Notes under the pieces: generated by a model | Databases searched by the model: none | Told to the model about the DNA's origin: nothing | The model's input: only the letters and a program-made list of their open reading frames with translations | Program-made: the position numbers and the translations under genes | Part shown: in pieces, positions 1 through 9,132 of the stretch | Layout: the number at the start of each line of letters is the position of its first letter | How positions within the stretch are numbered: position 1 is the first letter of the stretch | Source: a virus | DNA length: 64,000 nt | IMG/VR virus record: IMGVR_UViG_3300044615_000494 | Strand: one strand, 5' to 3'

Positions 1-730
1 CTATGATCTCTAGTTTCTGATCGCTCTCGTTGATAGTATCATCGCTAGTATAAAAATTAGTGATTCCGTATTTTTTATATGCGACTTCAAAATAATGATG
101 TAACTCTTTAGGGTCTAGAAACTTAGTGATCTTGGCGTTACGTAATTCATAGTTACAGAAAGTACAATTAAATTTGCAACCTACACCGATCTCAAAACCT
201 AATATATCCCTATTTAAAAAGCAATTGTCTTCATCGTCTATGTTAGGTAATACGGGCTCATCGATTACTTGATCAAAATCATGATTCAGTAAAACTAGAG
301 GTGAATTGTGAACGATATACTTAGACAAATCCTTATTAGTCACCCAAGCATCAAACATCTCCATGCTTCTTCCTAAGAAGAAGACTTCGATAAGATCATC
401 TAATGTCTTTTGAAAAGTTCTGCTGCCGCCGTGAATTATTTTAAGTTTGGGGTATCTTGCTTTAGCATCCCTCAAGAAAGATTCAATCTTATACAAGTCA
501 CGATTATCAAAAGGTGTTGATACTGCTATGACTGGTTCGTCCGTGTCTTTGAAGTATGCGCCTGCAGCCGCAATTAGATCATCTATCTTCCAATGAGTGA
601 ACCACTCAAGTATAGTAGCATCATGACCGTGCCTTTTTGCACGTTTCTTTAACTCAAAGGCACCCAGGCCCCTGTAATGCAGGTAGGGCCAAGCGCCATT
701 GCTGTTCTCGCATAATATCAGGAATTTCAT
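1..730 (-). CDS. Radical SAM protein with a B12-binding-like N-terminal region; runs off the left edge of the window
   Basis: Hand translation from ATG at 730: MKFLILCENSNGAWPYLHYRGLGAFELKKR...FEIGVGCKFNCTFCNYELR...FYTSDDTIN. CxxxCxxC motif; no stop before position 1, so it is absent from the ORF track. Confidence 0.8.
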   Translation of the reverse strand, partial: MKFLILCENSNGAWPYLHYRGLGAFELKKRAKRHGHDATILEWFTHWKIDDLIAAAGAYFKDTDEPVIAVSTPFDNRDLYKIESFLRDAKARYPKLKIIHGGSRTFQKTLDDLIEVFFLGRSMEMFDAWVTNKDLSKYIVHNSPLVLLNHDFDQVIDEPVLPNIDDEDNCFLNRDILGFEIGVGCKFNCTFCNYELRNAKITKFLDPKELHHYFEVAYKKYGITNFYTSDDTINESDQKLEII

Positions 731-739
731 TAACTATAT

Positions 740-1333
740 TTACACGACCCTCTTGTCGAGAATCTTATCAGCAAGGCCGTATTCCAATGCCTGCTGTGCG
801 CTCATGAAAAAGTCACGCTCCATGTCTTTAGCAAGTTCTTCATATGTCTTGCCTTTGCTATTATGCTTGACGTAGATGTTGGTTAGATTCTTTTTCATCT
901 CAAGGATTTCCTTGACTTGAATCTCCATGTCAGTTGCTTGACCACGTGCGCCGCCACTTGGTTGATGAATCATGTGACGGGCATTAGGTAGAATCATTCG
1001 CTTACTTGCGGCACCTGCTTGTGCAAGCAAACTACCCATGCTACAAGCCTGTCCCATGACGATAGTTGAAACGTCTGGTTGAATGAATTGCATAGCATCA
1101 TAGATAGCCATACCAGCAGTCACGCTACCACCTGGACTATTGATGTAAAGGCTGATATCTTTTTCAGGATTTTCTGATTCAAGATAAAGTAATTGGGCAA
1201 CGATAAGATTTGCCATCTGATCGTGGACCTCACCCTCAAGTAAGATCACACGATCACGTAATAGACGGCTATAGATATCGTAACTACGCTCACCGCGGCT
1301 TGTCTGCTCAAGGACTATTGGAACTAAACTCAT
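740..1333 (-). CDS. clpP: ATP-dependent Clp protease proteolytic subunit
   Basis: [35 protein letters not shown] (catalytic Ser), MIHQP (catalytic His), RDFFMSA. Confidence 0.97.
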   Translation of the reverse strand: MSLVPIVLEQTSRGERSYDIYSRLLRDRVILLEGEVHDQMANLIVAQLLYLESENPEKDISLYINSPGGSVTAGMAIYDAMQFIQPDVSTIVMGQACSMGSLLAQAGAASKRMILPNARHMIHQPSGGARGQATDMEIQVKEILEMKKNLTNIYVKHNSKGKTYEELAKDMERDFFMSAQQALEYGLADKILDKRVV

Positions 1334-1395
1334 ATATTCTCCTGTAATTGATAGTTATAATAAACTATCTAGCAGACAAAATCAAATGAAACGGA

Positions 1396-1626
1396 TTACT
1401 TTGCTAATTTAAAATTAGGAAACTGACCAATTTCTTTGCTGATTACTGTACTGATCTCAGCGCCGGTCTTTACTACTTGCTTGGCAAAGTTTGTCTGTGC
1501 ATCGACAAAACCATTCATGGCTTCAGCAATCTTCTCGTCTTTAACGAATTGCTTTACCCATTCTTTCTTTGCACCTTGGACCATACTAATACCTAAATTT
1601 GCGTTATCTGATAACATTGTAAACAT
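1396..1626 (-). CDS. Small helical protein, possibly phasin-like (76 aa)
   Basis: MFTMLSDNANLGISMVQGAKKEWVKQFVKDEKIAEAMNGFVDAQTNFAKQVVK. AAGGA SD before ATG 1626; the ORF-track start at 1734 overlaps a separate ORF. Confidence 0.55.
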   Translation of the reverse strand: MFTMLSDNANLGISMVQGAKKEWVKQFVKDEKIAEAMNGFVDAQTNFAKQVVKTGAEISTVISKEIGQFPNFKLAK

Positions 1627-1627
1627 T

Positions 1628-1768
1628 TTATTTCCTTTTTTGAGTTTGATTATAAGCCACGAGTTCGCGGGCTTGTTCAGCATAGCCACGATTATAAAGA
1701 ATATGTGCGGCTCTTGCTGTAGCGAATACTTCATACCACTCCATAAAGGAGTTCCATAACTTTCTCAT
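1628..1768 (-). CDS. Small hypothetical protein (46 aa)
   Basis: Hand translation MRKLWNSFMEWYEVFATARAAHILYNRGYAEQARELVAYNQTQKRK. AAAGGA SD; downstream of TAAATA at 1817-1822. Confidence 0.55.
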   Translation of the reverse strand: MRKLWNSFMEWYEVFATARAAHILYNRGYAEQARELVAYNQTQKRK

Positions 1769-1848
1769 GATAATCCTTTCATATGGAAGTTAGTGTGAGA
1801 AGAACATCTCACAGTGTATTTATGCTGCGGCGCAACAATTTGAAATTT

Positions 1849-3261
1849 TTAGTCTGTGACTTTGAAAGAAAGAGCCTGGCTCATGTCAGCCGTGCTTAGT
1901 TTAGTATATAGTGACACATTACCGTCAACTTTACCTGGCCACAACACTTTGAATACAAGTTTGCCGCCAACAACTCTAGTGAAAATTTGCATGAAGTTTT
2001 CATCTAGTAGTTCAAGAACCGTTTCTCTGAAGCCCGGAATCAATCCATCGTTGATGATTTTTACTAATTCTTTGGTCATGAAATATACGACACTGCCGCC
2101 CGCTGTGCCTTTGCCCGGCTTCATAAAAGGTTCTTGTGTGAATTTTTTGAACTTGGCAGGGATAGGAGTAGTACCCTTCATCTTTATATTGGCGAGTACT
2201 TTGTCTACGTCATCGTTGCTGAACGGCATTAGTTTTCTTAGATAGTCAGGTATAGCATCTGGATAATGTTGTGATACCCAGTTCAAGCCCACGAATCCTT
2301 GTTTCACAGTAGAAGTAGAATTCATAGTACTGATGAAATCAAGACCGTTGCCGGGCTTAATCTTTCCCTTACGTTTTTCAACACTTGACTTTAATCCACT
2401 CATTGCTGGAGCGGCACCGGTCGCAGTCTTACCTACGCCACCTTTACTACTGATCATGATAGTATGACCAGTCTGTGCGTTCTGTACGCCGTAACTGTCT
2501 GCGAGACTTGCGTTCTGCTCACCGGGGAAGATCAATAATAAATTATCTAAATTCTGAGACTTCAAGAATTTTAAGAATGCTTCCTTCTTGGGGAACTCTG
2601 CAACGTCTTTGACCATTGCCAATATGCCTAGATACTCGCCAGCATCGATAGCCATAGTCTTTTGTGTTCGTTCATCATATTGCTTGACCGAAGGATTTTG
2701 ACCCTCGTTGATTTCTTTAGCAGCCTGCTTGATAGCCGCACCCAAATCTCCTGCTTTATCTAATGTAGGGTTGGACATGATCACATCATATAACTTACCT
2801 GCAGGGATTTCTTTATGTGCGTCTAATGCGTCTTGTATCGCTTGGTCTGTGGTTACAACTTCTTTTTTCTTACCCTTGATCGCAGCCTTAGGATTTGTAG
2901 CGATGCCGATACCTATAGGCTGTACGTTGACTGATTGTGTCGCTTGACCAGTAGCCTTTTGTAGATCGGCCTTTTCAAATTTTTTAGTAGACATCAAGCC
3001 ATGATCTTTGATTTTTACTTGTATGTCAGGGGCAGCAAACATTGGATTCTTTAAAAGAGCCTGCACAGTTTTTGTGACGACAGGTTCAAGTCTTTCGCCT
3101 TCACCTTCTTCAGGATAATACTCGTTACCTGCTTTATCTACGAAAGGTGTACCTGAGTGCAACTTACTGATAAAGGCGCTGGGTCTCCAAGTCAAATGTC
3201 TGGGATCAAACAATGCACTGGAATCTAGTGACTTTTCTGTTAAAAATTCTTTTGCTCGCAT
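1849..3261 (-). CDS. Hypothetical protein (470 aa) with capsid-targeting-like leader MRAKEFLTE; putative internal head protein
   Basis: Long ORF; leader resembles T4 internal-protein CTS (MKTYQEFIAE); TAAATA 5 nt upstream of ATG. Confidence 0.7.
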   Translation of the reverse strand: MRAKEFLTEKSLDSSALFDPRHLTWRPSAFISKLHSGTPFVDKAGNEYYPEEGEGERLEPVVTKTVQALLKNPMFAAPDIQVKIKDHGLMSTKKFEKADLQKATGQATQSVNVQPIGIGIATNPKAAIKGKKKEVVTTDQAIQDALDAHKEIPAGKLYDVIMSNPTLDKAGDLGAAIKQAAKEINEGQNPSVKQYDERTQKTMAIDAGEYLGILAMVKDVAEFPKKEAFLKFLKSQNLDNLLLIFPGEQNASLADSYGVQNAQTGHTIMISSKGGVGKTATGAAPAMSGLKSSVEKRKGKIKPGNGLDFISTMNSTSTVKQGFVGLNWVSQHYPDAIPDYLRKLMPFSNDDVDKVLANIKMKGTTPIPAKFKKFTQEPFMKPGKGTAGGSVVYFMTKELVKIINDGLIPGFRETVLELLDENFMQIFTRVVGGKLVFKVLWPGKVDGNVSLYTKLSTADMSQALSFKVTD

Positions 3262-3266
3262 TATAG

Positions 3267-3272
3267 TATTTA
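3267..3272 (-). promoter_or_regulatory. T4-like late promoter TAAATA, leaderless (5 nt to ATG)
   Basis: Same TAAATA-N5-ATG geometry at 10776, 52875, 53663, 60401, and TAAGTA at 7487. Confidence 0.7.
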
Positions 3273-3280
3273 TTCAACTA

Positions 3281-3772
3281 CTAGCATTTGAAAAGTTGTT
3301 GTGTCTGGAACCATTTGTTATGATCATTAAATGTTTTTAATGGAATACTGTGCTTTTTGAATTTGTCTTTCCATTGATAAAAACTAGGACCATGACTCAT
3401 GATAGGATCCAGACCTTTCTTCATACGTCTCTTACTGTAAACATCCCATTGCCATTGATGAACCATCTCATGCGCTAGAGCCATGATTAGCCATTGACGG
3501 CAATACCAACGCTCAGATAACAAAATGACGCATCTAGACCTGCCCCTATCATACATCGTGTCAGCACCATAGCATTGTCCCCACATTTCCCTTAGTCTGG
3601 GTTTTACATGGATCTTGGGCATACTCAATCTGTCGTTAAATATGCTACTATTAATAAGACGATATAGAGCCTTAGTTTCCCTGATATTGGTGACATAAGA
3701 CATCTTTCTTTGATATGTCAGAGTAGGGAGTTCTTGGGACATTAAATCTTTCAGGGTAACATTATGATACAT
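3281..3772 (-). CDS. SprT-like zinc metalloprotease
   Basis: LAHEMVHQWQW (HExxH) and HGPSF downstream, typical of the SprT family. Confidence 0.75.
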   Translation of the reverse strand: MYHNVTLKDLMSQELPTLTYQRKMSYVTNIRETKALYRLINSSIFNDRLSMPKIHVKPRLREMWGQCYGADTMYDRGRSRCVILLSERWYCRQWLIMALAHEMVHQWQWDVYSKRRMKKGLDPIMSHGPSFYQWKDKFKKHSIPLKTFNDHNKWFQTQQLFKC

Positions 3773-3798
3773 GTCTCATCTCCTCTTTCATATGATAT

Positions 3799-4041
3799 TT
3801 ATTTCTTCAAACTGTCTATATACTCTTGGTATTCCCGATTGGGGTGATTTGTCAGTCTTTTATGATACAGAAAAATTACGGTTTTAGCAGCCGTTCCGGG
3901 AAAAAGACCTGGAATAAACCCGTGCAACATACTTGCTATACCTGCCCAAATCAGTCTAAACCCGGCTAGAAACGCCCAAATTAAGTGGCTAAAGTAGGTT
4001 TCTTTGCTTTTTTCGAGGTGCTCTCGGCTTTTCTTAAACAT
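3799..4041 (-). CDS. Small hydrophobic protein, DUF6356-like
   Basis: HLEKSKETYFSHLIWAF...SMLHGFIPGLFPGTAAK pattern. Confidence 0.55.
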   Translation of the reverse strand: MFKKSREHLEKSKETYFSHLIWAFLAGFRLIWAGIASMLHGFIPGLFPGTAAKTVIFLYHKRLTNHPNREYQEYIDSLKK

Positions 4042-4108
4042 TGTTATTTTCCCTAAAATATTTATGTGTTATAAAAATAAGTTAAATAAGTTTTTAGGAG
4101 AAAAAACA

Positions 4109-4420
4109 ATGGACGCATTCGTATTAGTATTATTAGTCATCGCTGGTGGTTTAGCCGCACTTTGGTACTTCAATAGAGGTACTAAGGACTTCGATACCAA
4201 CAAAGATGGCGCAGTCAATTTTGACGATGCTAAGAAGGCTGTTGAAAATACAGTTCAAGGTGTTAAGGCTGTAGCAGATGTAAACAAAGACGGTACTGTT
4301 AATGTTGCTGATGCTAAGGAAGTAGTTGCTAAGGCCAGAAAGACGGTAGCCAAGAAGGCCGCCCCTAAGGCTAAGCCTGCTGCCAAGAAGACATCACCTA
4401 AACTTAAAGTAGCAAAATAA
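4109..4420 (+). CDS. Membrane-anchored protein with two EF-hand/dockerin-like Ca-binding loops and a Lys/Ala-rich tail
   Basis: N-terminal TM; DTNKDGAVNFDD and DVNKDGTVNVAD; KKAAPKAKPAAKK tail; AGGAG SD before ATG 4109. Confidence 0.7.
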   Translation: MDAFVLVLLVIAGGLAALWYFNRGTKDFDTNKDGAVNFDDAKKAVENTVQGVKAVADVNKDGTVNVADAKEVVAKARKTVAKKAAPKAKPAAKKTSPKLKVAK

Positions 4421-4427
4421 GACCGAG

Positions 4428-5117
4428 ATGGAGATAGGATTTGATTTAATCGGCGATTTGAATCTAGACCCAGAAGAAAGTTTCAACTGGGAGGGCAAAG
4501 CAACCAGCCTGTATTGCATAGTCGCTGGAAATGTTAGTGATGACTTAAGAACAGTTTTTCAAACTTTAAGTCACCTAAGCAGATTCTATCAAGGTATTTT
4601 TTATGTTCCAGGATTAGAAGAGTACAAGAACAGTACTGACTTCGAAATCAGGACTAAAGAAATTCAAACTTTAGTTAGAAGATTACCTAAGGTTGCGTTG
4701 CTATACCATCATGTAGTAATTATTGATGGTATAGCAATACTCGGCATCAATGGCTTCAGCGCAGATAATCCTGATGACATTGATATACAATTGATCAAGG
4801 CTAGACTTGATGATATCGCATATTTGAATAAGAGTGTGGCTAAACTACAAACTCATTTAGATGTGAAGAGCATTCTTGTTGTCACAGCATGTGTTCCTAG
4901 CAAGCAATTATATTTTGGTAAAGTACCGGAACACGTTGACGATCATATATACCCCGATCATTGCTTTAGTGTTGATACTGAAATGAAAATCACTCATTGG
5001 GCCTATGGTGGCTCAGATACAGTAGCCGAGACTGTATATCAGAGTGTGACCTACATGAATAACCCATATAAAAAGAAAGGGCCATATTGGCCCAAACGTG
5101 TTGGAATAGAGACTTAA
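4428..5117 (+). CDS. Calcineurin-like metallophosphoesterase-fold protein with degenerate metal ligands
   Basis: FDLIGDLNL, IVAGNV, FYVPGLEEY and HWAYGGS lie at the positions of DxH, GD, GNHE and GHxH. Confidence 0.6.
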   Translation: MEIGFDLIGDLNLDPEESFNWEGKATSLYCIVAGNVSDDLRTVFQTLSHLSRFYQGIFYVPGLEEYKNSTDFEIRTKEIQTLVRRLPKVALLYHHVVIIDGIAILGINGFSADNPDDIDIQLIKARLDDIAYLNKSVAKLQTHLDVKSILVVTACVPSKQLYFGKVPEHVDDHIYPDHCFSVDTEMKITHWAYGGSDTVAETVYQSVTYMNNPYKKKGPYWPKRVGIET

Positions 5118-5429
5118 TTATTTCTCTGCTTCAACTTTGACTTGCAATGGATAGCCCTGTGATCTGGCTTCCAGGGTTACTTCAATACCTTTTTGTTCTG
5201 CAATCTCATAAGGAAGCACAGCAACTACTGCGCTACCGTTATCATGAATATCTTTTGTGATAGTAGTGGCAGTATCTGGATTATAATTGAAATATTCAAT
5301 CAATGAACCAACAACAAATTCCATAGTAGTAACTTCATCATTCATATAGATGATTTTATACATAGGTGGTTCTTGTAGTGCGTGATTGACTTTGATATGT
5401 TGTTTTGTTTCTGGATGTGCGTTTGCCAT
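5118..5429 (-). CDS. clpS: N-end-rule Clp adaptor ClpS
   Basis: EPPMYKIIYMNDEVTTMEFVV...IHDNGSAVVAVLPYEIAEQK...YPLQVKVE. AAAGGA SD before ATG 5429. Confidence 0.92.
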   Translation of the reverse strand: MANAHPETKQHIKVNHALQEPPMYKIIYMNDEVTTMEFVVGSLIEYFNYNPDTATTITKDIHDNGSAVVAVLPYEIAEQKGIEVTLEARSQGYPLQVKVEAEK

Positions 5430-5450
5430 TACTTTGTTTCCTTTGTTAAA

Positions 5451-5478
5451 GTGTTCGCAGCCTGATGACTGCGAACAC
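5451..5478 (-). promoter_or_regulatory. Perfect 10-bp hairpin in the clpS leader
   Basis: GTGTTCGCAG (5451-5460) / CTGCGAACAC (5469-5478), 8-nt loop; TAAATA at 5494-5499 just upstream. Confidence 0.6.
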
Positions 5479-5492
5479 ATGCTACTACTATA

Positions 5493-5939
5493 TTATTTAT
5501 TGTAGGAAATTGCAATCTTCTTGGGTTGCAACTCGTCAGGTACTTGACGTTCAAGGGTGATTCCCATGATACCATTGTTAACAACGGCGTCAGATACTTC
5601 TACATGGTCGGCGAGAGTAAAAGTGCGGGTAAAATTACGGGCACTGATACCACGATATAGATACTCAACATTACTGTCAAGATCCACGCTCTGGCTACCC
5701 TCAATAGTAAGTAGGTTCTTATCCACAGTCACGTTGATATCCCCTTCCTTGAAACCAGCAACGGCCAATTCGATAACAAACTTGTTGTCGCTATGTTTCA
5801 CAATATTATATGGGGGATAGTTTGTGTCTTTTTGCTGATTGGATAGTCTTAGAATTTCATCAAAGACTCCATCAAATCCGACTGCAAACTTGTGAATCGA
5901 CGGAATGTCGAAGGAACGTAGTGTTAATGTATTTGTCAT
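5493..5939 (-). CDS. ibpA: Small heat-shock protein Hsp20 (IbpA-like)
   Basis: NYPPYNI, FVIELAVAGF, YLYRGISARNFTRTFTLADHVEV, NGIMGITLER..P. Confidence 0.93.
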   Translation of the reverse strand: MTNTLTLRSFDIPSIHKFAVGFDGVFDEILRLSNQQKDTNYPPYNIVKHSDNKFVIELAVAGFKEGDINVTVDKNLLTIEGSQSVDLDSNVEYLYRGISARNFTRTFTLADHVEVSDAVVNNGIMGITLERQVPDELQPKKIAISYNK

Positions 5940-5946
5940 TTGTTTT

Positions 5947-5997
5947 CTCCTTTATTAAGCAAGATGACTATTGTAGACCCGACTATCGGCATCTACA
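5947..5997 (-). promoter_or_regulatory. ROSE-like RNA thermometer candidate in the Hsp20 leader
   Basis: 5' hairpin 5972-5997, then CUUGCU-UAAUAA-AGGAG: UYGCU pairs with the SD leaving a bulged G. Confidence 0.55.
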
Positions 5998-6001
5998 ACA
6001 G

Positions 6002-6007
6002 TATTTA
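6002..6007 (-). promoter_or_regulatory. T4-like late promoter TAAATA followed by a 5' hairpin
   Basis: Similar arrangement at 1817, 5494, 37866, 57427. Confidence 0.6.
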
Positions 6008-6045
6008 TTATAACGTGTTTCGCAATAAATTAAAGTATTTAGGAA

Positions 6046-6267
6046 TTAAAACTTAGACTTAGGGAGATTTTGTTGGTCTATTTGTTTTTTCCAACGTCTT
6101 TTGGCTAATTCTCTAGCGAGTTTCTTTTTGACGCTAGGTTTAGTATATGTCTCTCTATCTTTAAGTTCTAATAGTAAGCCGGACTCCTGCACCTTTTTCT
6201 TTAGTTTTCTTAGTGCTTTTTCTACGTTTCCGTCTTTGACTATTACTTTTCTACCGTATAAATTCAT
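6046..6267 (-). CDS. rpsU: 30S ribosomal protein S21
   Basis: VIVKDGNVEKALRKLKKKVQESGLLLELKDRETYTKPSVKKK...AKRRWKK. Confidence 0.9.
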   Translation of the reverse strand: MNLYGRKVIVKDGNVEKALRKLKKKVQESGLLLELKDRETYTKPSVKKKLARELAKRRWKKQIDQQNLPKSKF

Positions 6268-7481
6268 ATTAATGTCTCAGGATTTTTCACAAGGTCCTGA
6301 ATAATATTTATCTCCGCAACGTCACTTTCCTTGTATCTGCTGATGTTAAACATGTGGGGCATGAGTACTCGTTCTAGTTCGCTTTGTATGCCCCTAGCAC
6401 CGGTTTTTAACTTAAGACAGTTATCAGCCATCTGTTCTATAGCACCCTTGCTAAATTTGAGTTTGATCTTGTCGATGCTGAATAGATATGTATATTGATC
6501 AATTAGATTGTTTTTGACCTTGGTCATGACTTCGACTAACTGTTTCTTATCTAAATCCTCTACAGATATAGAAGTAGCGAATCTACCAACAAATTCAGGT
6601 ATCAAACCAAATCGTGTCAAGTCGTCCGGACTTACTCTATCTAAGAAACTTTCATCAGTATTTGGCTTTACTTCAGCATTGAAGCCTATGCTGGTTCCCT
6701 TGATGCGAGACTTGACGATATCGTTCAATCCTACAAACGCACCGCCCGCTATGAACAATATGTTCCTAGTATCAATCATATCCATCTTGCCGTCAGGGTG
6801 CTTTCTCCCGCCATTAGCAGGAATACGACAACGTGTTCCTTCTATCAGTTTCAGTAGTGCTTGCTGAACGCCCTCACCACTAACGTCACGGGTGATACTA
6901 GTGCTTTCGCTTTTACGTGCGATCTTGTCAATCTCATCGATGAATATGATTCCACGTTCGGCTAGTTGTATATCTCCACCGGCTTCTTGTAATAACATAG
7001 CGATCATGCTTTCGACATCATCACCTACGTAGCCCGCTTCAGTTAAACTTGTAGCATCGGCTATGACAAAAGGAACACGCAAAAACTTAGCGGCTGTCTT
7101 AGCCAATAAGGTTTTACCGGAACCAGTAGGACCTAGCAACAATACATTACCTTTTTGAATCTCAAGATTATCCGGCGGATGCATGATACGCTTATAATGA
7201 TTAGCGATAGCGACAGACAAGGTAACTTTAGCGTTATGTTGCCCGACTACATGCCCATTTAAGTGATCATAAATGTTTAGGGCATCTACATCTCTTAACG
7301 CCTCTAACATCTGATGTTGTTTCTCATCATCAGGCTTTATGTCTTTACTAACAAGATCGTGGCATAGATACGTGCAATAATCACATATTGCTACCTCACC
7401 GGACACAATTAATTTTTTTCTTTTATCCTTATGGGTACCACAAAAAGAACAGGTTTCTAAATGTTTTTCTTCATCACTCAT
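6264..7481 (-). CDS. clpX: ATP-dependent Clp protease ATPase subunit ClpX
   Basis: Zn finger CSFC..CDYC; Walker A GPTGSGKT; ADATSLTEAGYVGDDVE; Walker B IFIDEIDKI; RDVSGEGVQQALLK; GLIPEFVGR; TGARG. Confidence 0.97.
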   Translation of the reverse strand: MSDEEKHLETCSFCGTHKDKRKKLIVSGEVAICDYCTYLCHDLVSKDIKPDDEKQHQMLEALRDVDALNIYDHLNGHVVGQHNAKVTLSVAIANHYKRIMHPPDNLEIQKGNVLLLGPTGSGKTLLAKTAAKFLRVPFVIADATSLTEAGYVGDDVESMIAMLLQEAGGDIQLAERGIIFIDEIDKIARKSESTSITRDVSGEGVQQALLKLIEGTRCRIPANGGRKHPDGKMDMIDTRNILFIAGGAFVGLNDIVKSRIKGTSIGFNAEVKPNTDESFLDRVSPDDLTRFGLIPEFVGRFATSISVEDLDKKQLVEVMTKVKNNLIDQYTYLFSIDKIKLKFSKGAIEQMADNCLKLKTGARGIQSELERVLMPHMFNISRYKESDVAEINIIQDLVKNPETLI

Positions 7482-7510
7482 GACTTTACTTAGTGCCTTA
7501 AATTGTTATG

Positions 7511-8458
7511 TTATAATTTGCAATCACGTGCCGCAACAACATCTACGTATATATCATATATGACATCTGCAGGTACTGTCAGTTTAATGCGCATGGTTCC
7601 TGCATTGCGGTCATTGCCGAATACAGTTAATCGATTATTTACGCCTATGCTGTAGAATATGCCGCCTGCTCGGTACTCAGGATTATAACAGATATTCAAT
7701 ACTTGTCTGCCGCGATCATCTCTAGCCTTTACCTTCAGACGCAGTTCGTTTTGGTTTACAAACTTGCTTTTTAGATAATCAAGTCTATGTAAATCATCGA
7801 TGAAATATTTATTGTGCTTACCTAACAATAAATCATTAGGATTTTTAGCAGAAACATTGATCACCCCACGGCCTATAGGAGTCTCTATCTCAGAGAATAT
7901 CTCATTCATCGATGTGACAAAATTGTAATTCCATCTGATATCATAGGGTACCATCAGATAGAAGTTTCTATATGAATCTGTTGTAAAGTATGGATTTTTA
8001 GTTTGTTGCAAATTATAGGCACGATAAGGATAATCGCGAAATACTTCATCAATTAATCTATCGCCTTTCTGCTGTTCATGGCGAATAGTATGTACTTGTG
8101 CATTGACGATATTACTGTCAAATTGATTTTTAGAATTAGATTTGCTGAACAATCTTTCGGATGTTTTGTTATTGGTCACCGTCACATTGATCTTTATTTG
8201 AGTACCAATATCCTCTAGTATCTCGTATTTCTCTACACGACAACTACTGTATGAGATTACTTGATCATGAACCGTCTTTCCGTTGAAATGTTCACGGTCG
8301 CTTAACACGGCAGTACCGCATATATTTTCTATGGCAGTACGGAAAGCGTCCTTCTTGGCAGATTCGCGGTCGGCACCATAACCATATACAGTTATAGATT
8401 CAGCACCGACCGCGATTCCCGCAAATGATAGAAGGATCGCAGTAGCGATCTTCTTCAT
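7511..8458 (-). CDS. Secreted/periplasmic protein with an LPP20/FlgT-N-like N-terminal domain
   Basis: Signal peptide MKKIATAILLSFAGIAVGA; YGYGADRESAKKDAFRTAIENICGTAVLS. Confidence 0.55.
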   Translation of the reverse strand: MKKIATAILLSFAGIAVGAESITVYGYGADRESAKKDAFRTAIENICGTAVLSDREHFNGKTVHDQVISYSSCRVEKYEILEDIGTQIKINVTVTNNKTSERLFSKSNSKNQFDSNIVNAQVHTIRHEQQKGDRLIDEVFRDYPYRAYNLQQTKNPYFTTDSYRNFYLMVPYDIRWNYNFVTSMNEIFSEIETPIGRGVINVSAKNPNDLLLGKHNKYFIDDLHRLDYLKSKFVNQNELRLKVKARDDRGRQVLNICYNPEYRAGGIFYSIGVNNRLTVFGNDRNAGTMRIKLTVPADVIYDIYVDVVAARDCKL

Positions 8459-8459
8459 A

Positions 8460-9098
8460 TTAGCCGCCAGCAATCAAGCCACGTACTTGTCGAATGTCAT
8501 TACTATCATACTTGTTCCAATTGATAGTACATGCCACAGTCTTGGGATCTACAAGATTAGTCTTACTGATCGCAAAACCTACAAGACGACCTTGAGCATT
8601 AACAGTAACAGTTCTGACGATATCAATGTCAGTGTTGATCAATGCTTCGCGGACGCTATAGTTGGTATCCTTGTTAGGATCATCGGGACTCATAGAAACA
8701 TCAGGTCCGATCTCAGTTTGGCTCTTGAATCTATCCTTCTGATTCTCGTTCTGGTTGTTCTTAGTAATAGTACGGCGATTTTCGGAAACGTTCATACCAA
8801 ACACATAAGCGACTACGTTAGCACGGGCATTATCACACGCCATACTAGTCGTAGACTTCTGAAGCAATCGGGTAGCACCAACACTAGGTTGCACACCTAC
8901 AGCCTGAATGCCGATCACTTCGCACTGTTTGCTATTCCATAGCCACCCGCACTTCTTATCAATCTTGATAGTCTCGCCGGGAACGTTTGTTGCGAAAGTT
9001 TGAGATTCGATTGTGGGAATCTCGCCCTTCTTAGGACCATTACTAGAACAACCAGCAATAGCCAATGCAACACCTGCAACAATTAAACTAGACTTCAT
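8460..9098 (-). CDS. Lipoprotein (LPP20-like)
   Basis: Lipobox LAIAG-C after MKSSLIVAGVA; ACDNARANVVAYVFG; alternative start at 9113. Confidence 0.65.
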   Translation of the reverse strand: MKSSLIVAGVALAIAGCSSNGPKKGEIPTIESQTFATNVPGETIKIDKKCGWLWNSKQCEVIGIQAVGVQPSVGATRLLQKSTTSMACDNARANVVAYVFGMNVSENRRTITKNNQNENQKDRFKSQTEIGPDVSMSPDDPNKDTNYSVREALINTDIDIVRTVTVNAQGRLVGFAISKTNLVDPKTVACTINWNKYDSNDIRQVRGLIAGG

Positions 9099-9132
9099 AA
9101 ACGTTTTCTCCATAGTTGTGAAACGTATAATG

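Noticed and set aside
1627-1734. ORF-track N-terminal extension of 1396..1734 (112 aa)
   Set aside because: It overlaps a better-supported 46-aa ORF in another frame; the SD supports a start at 1626
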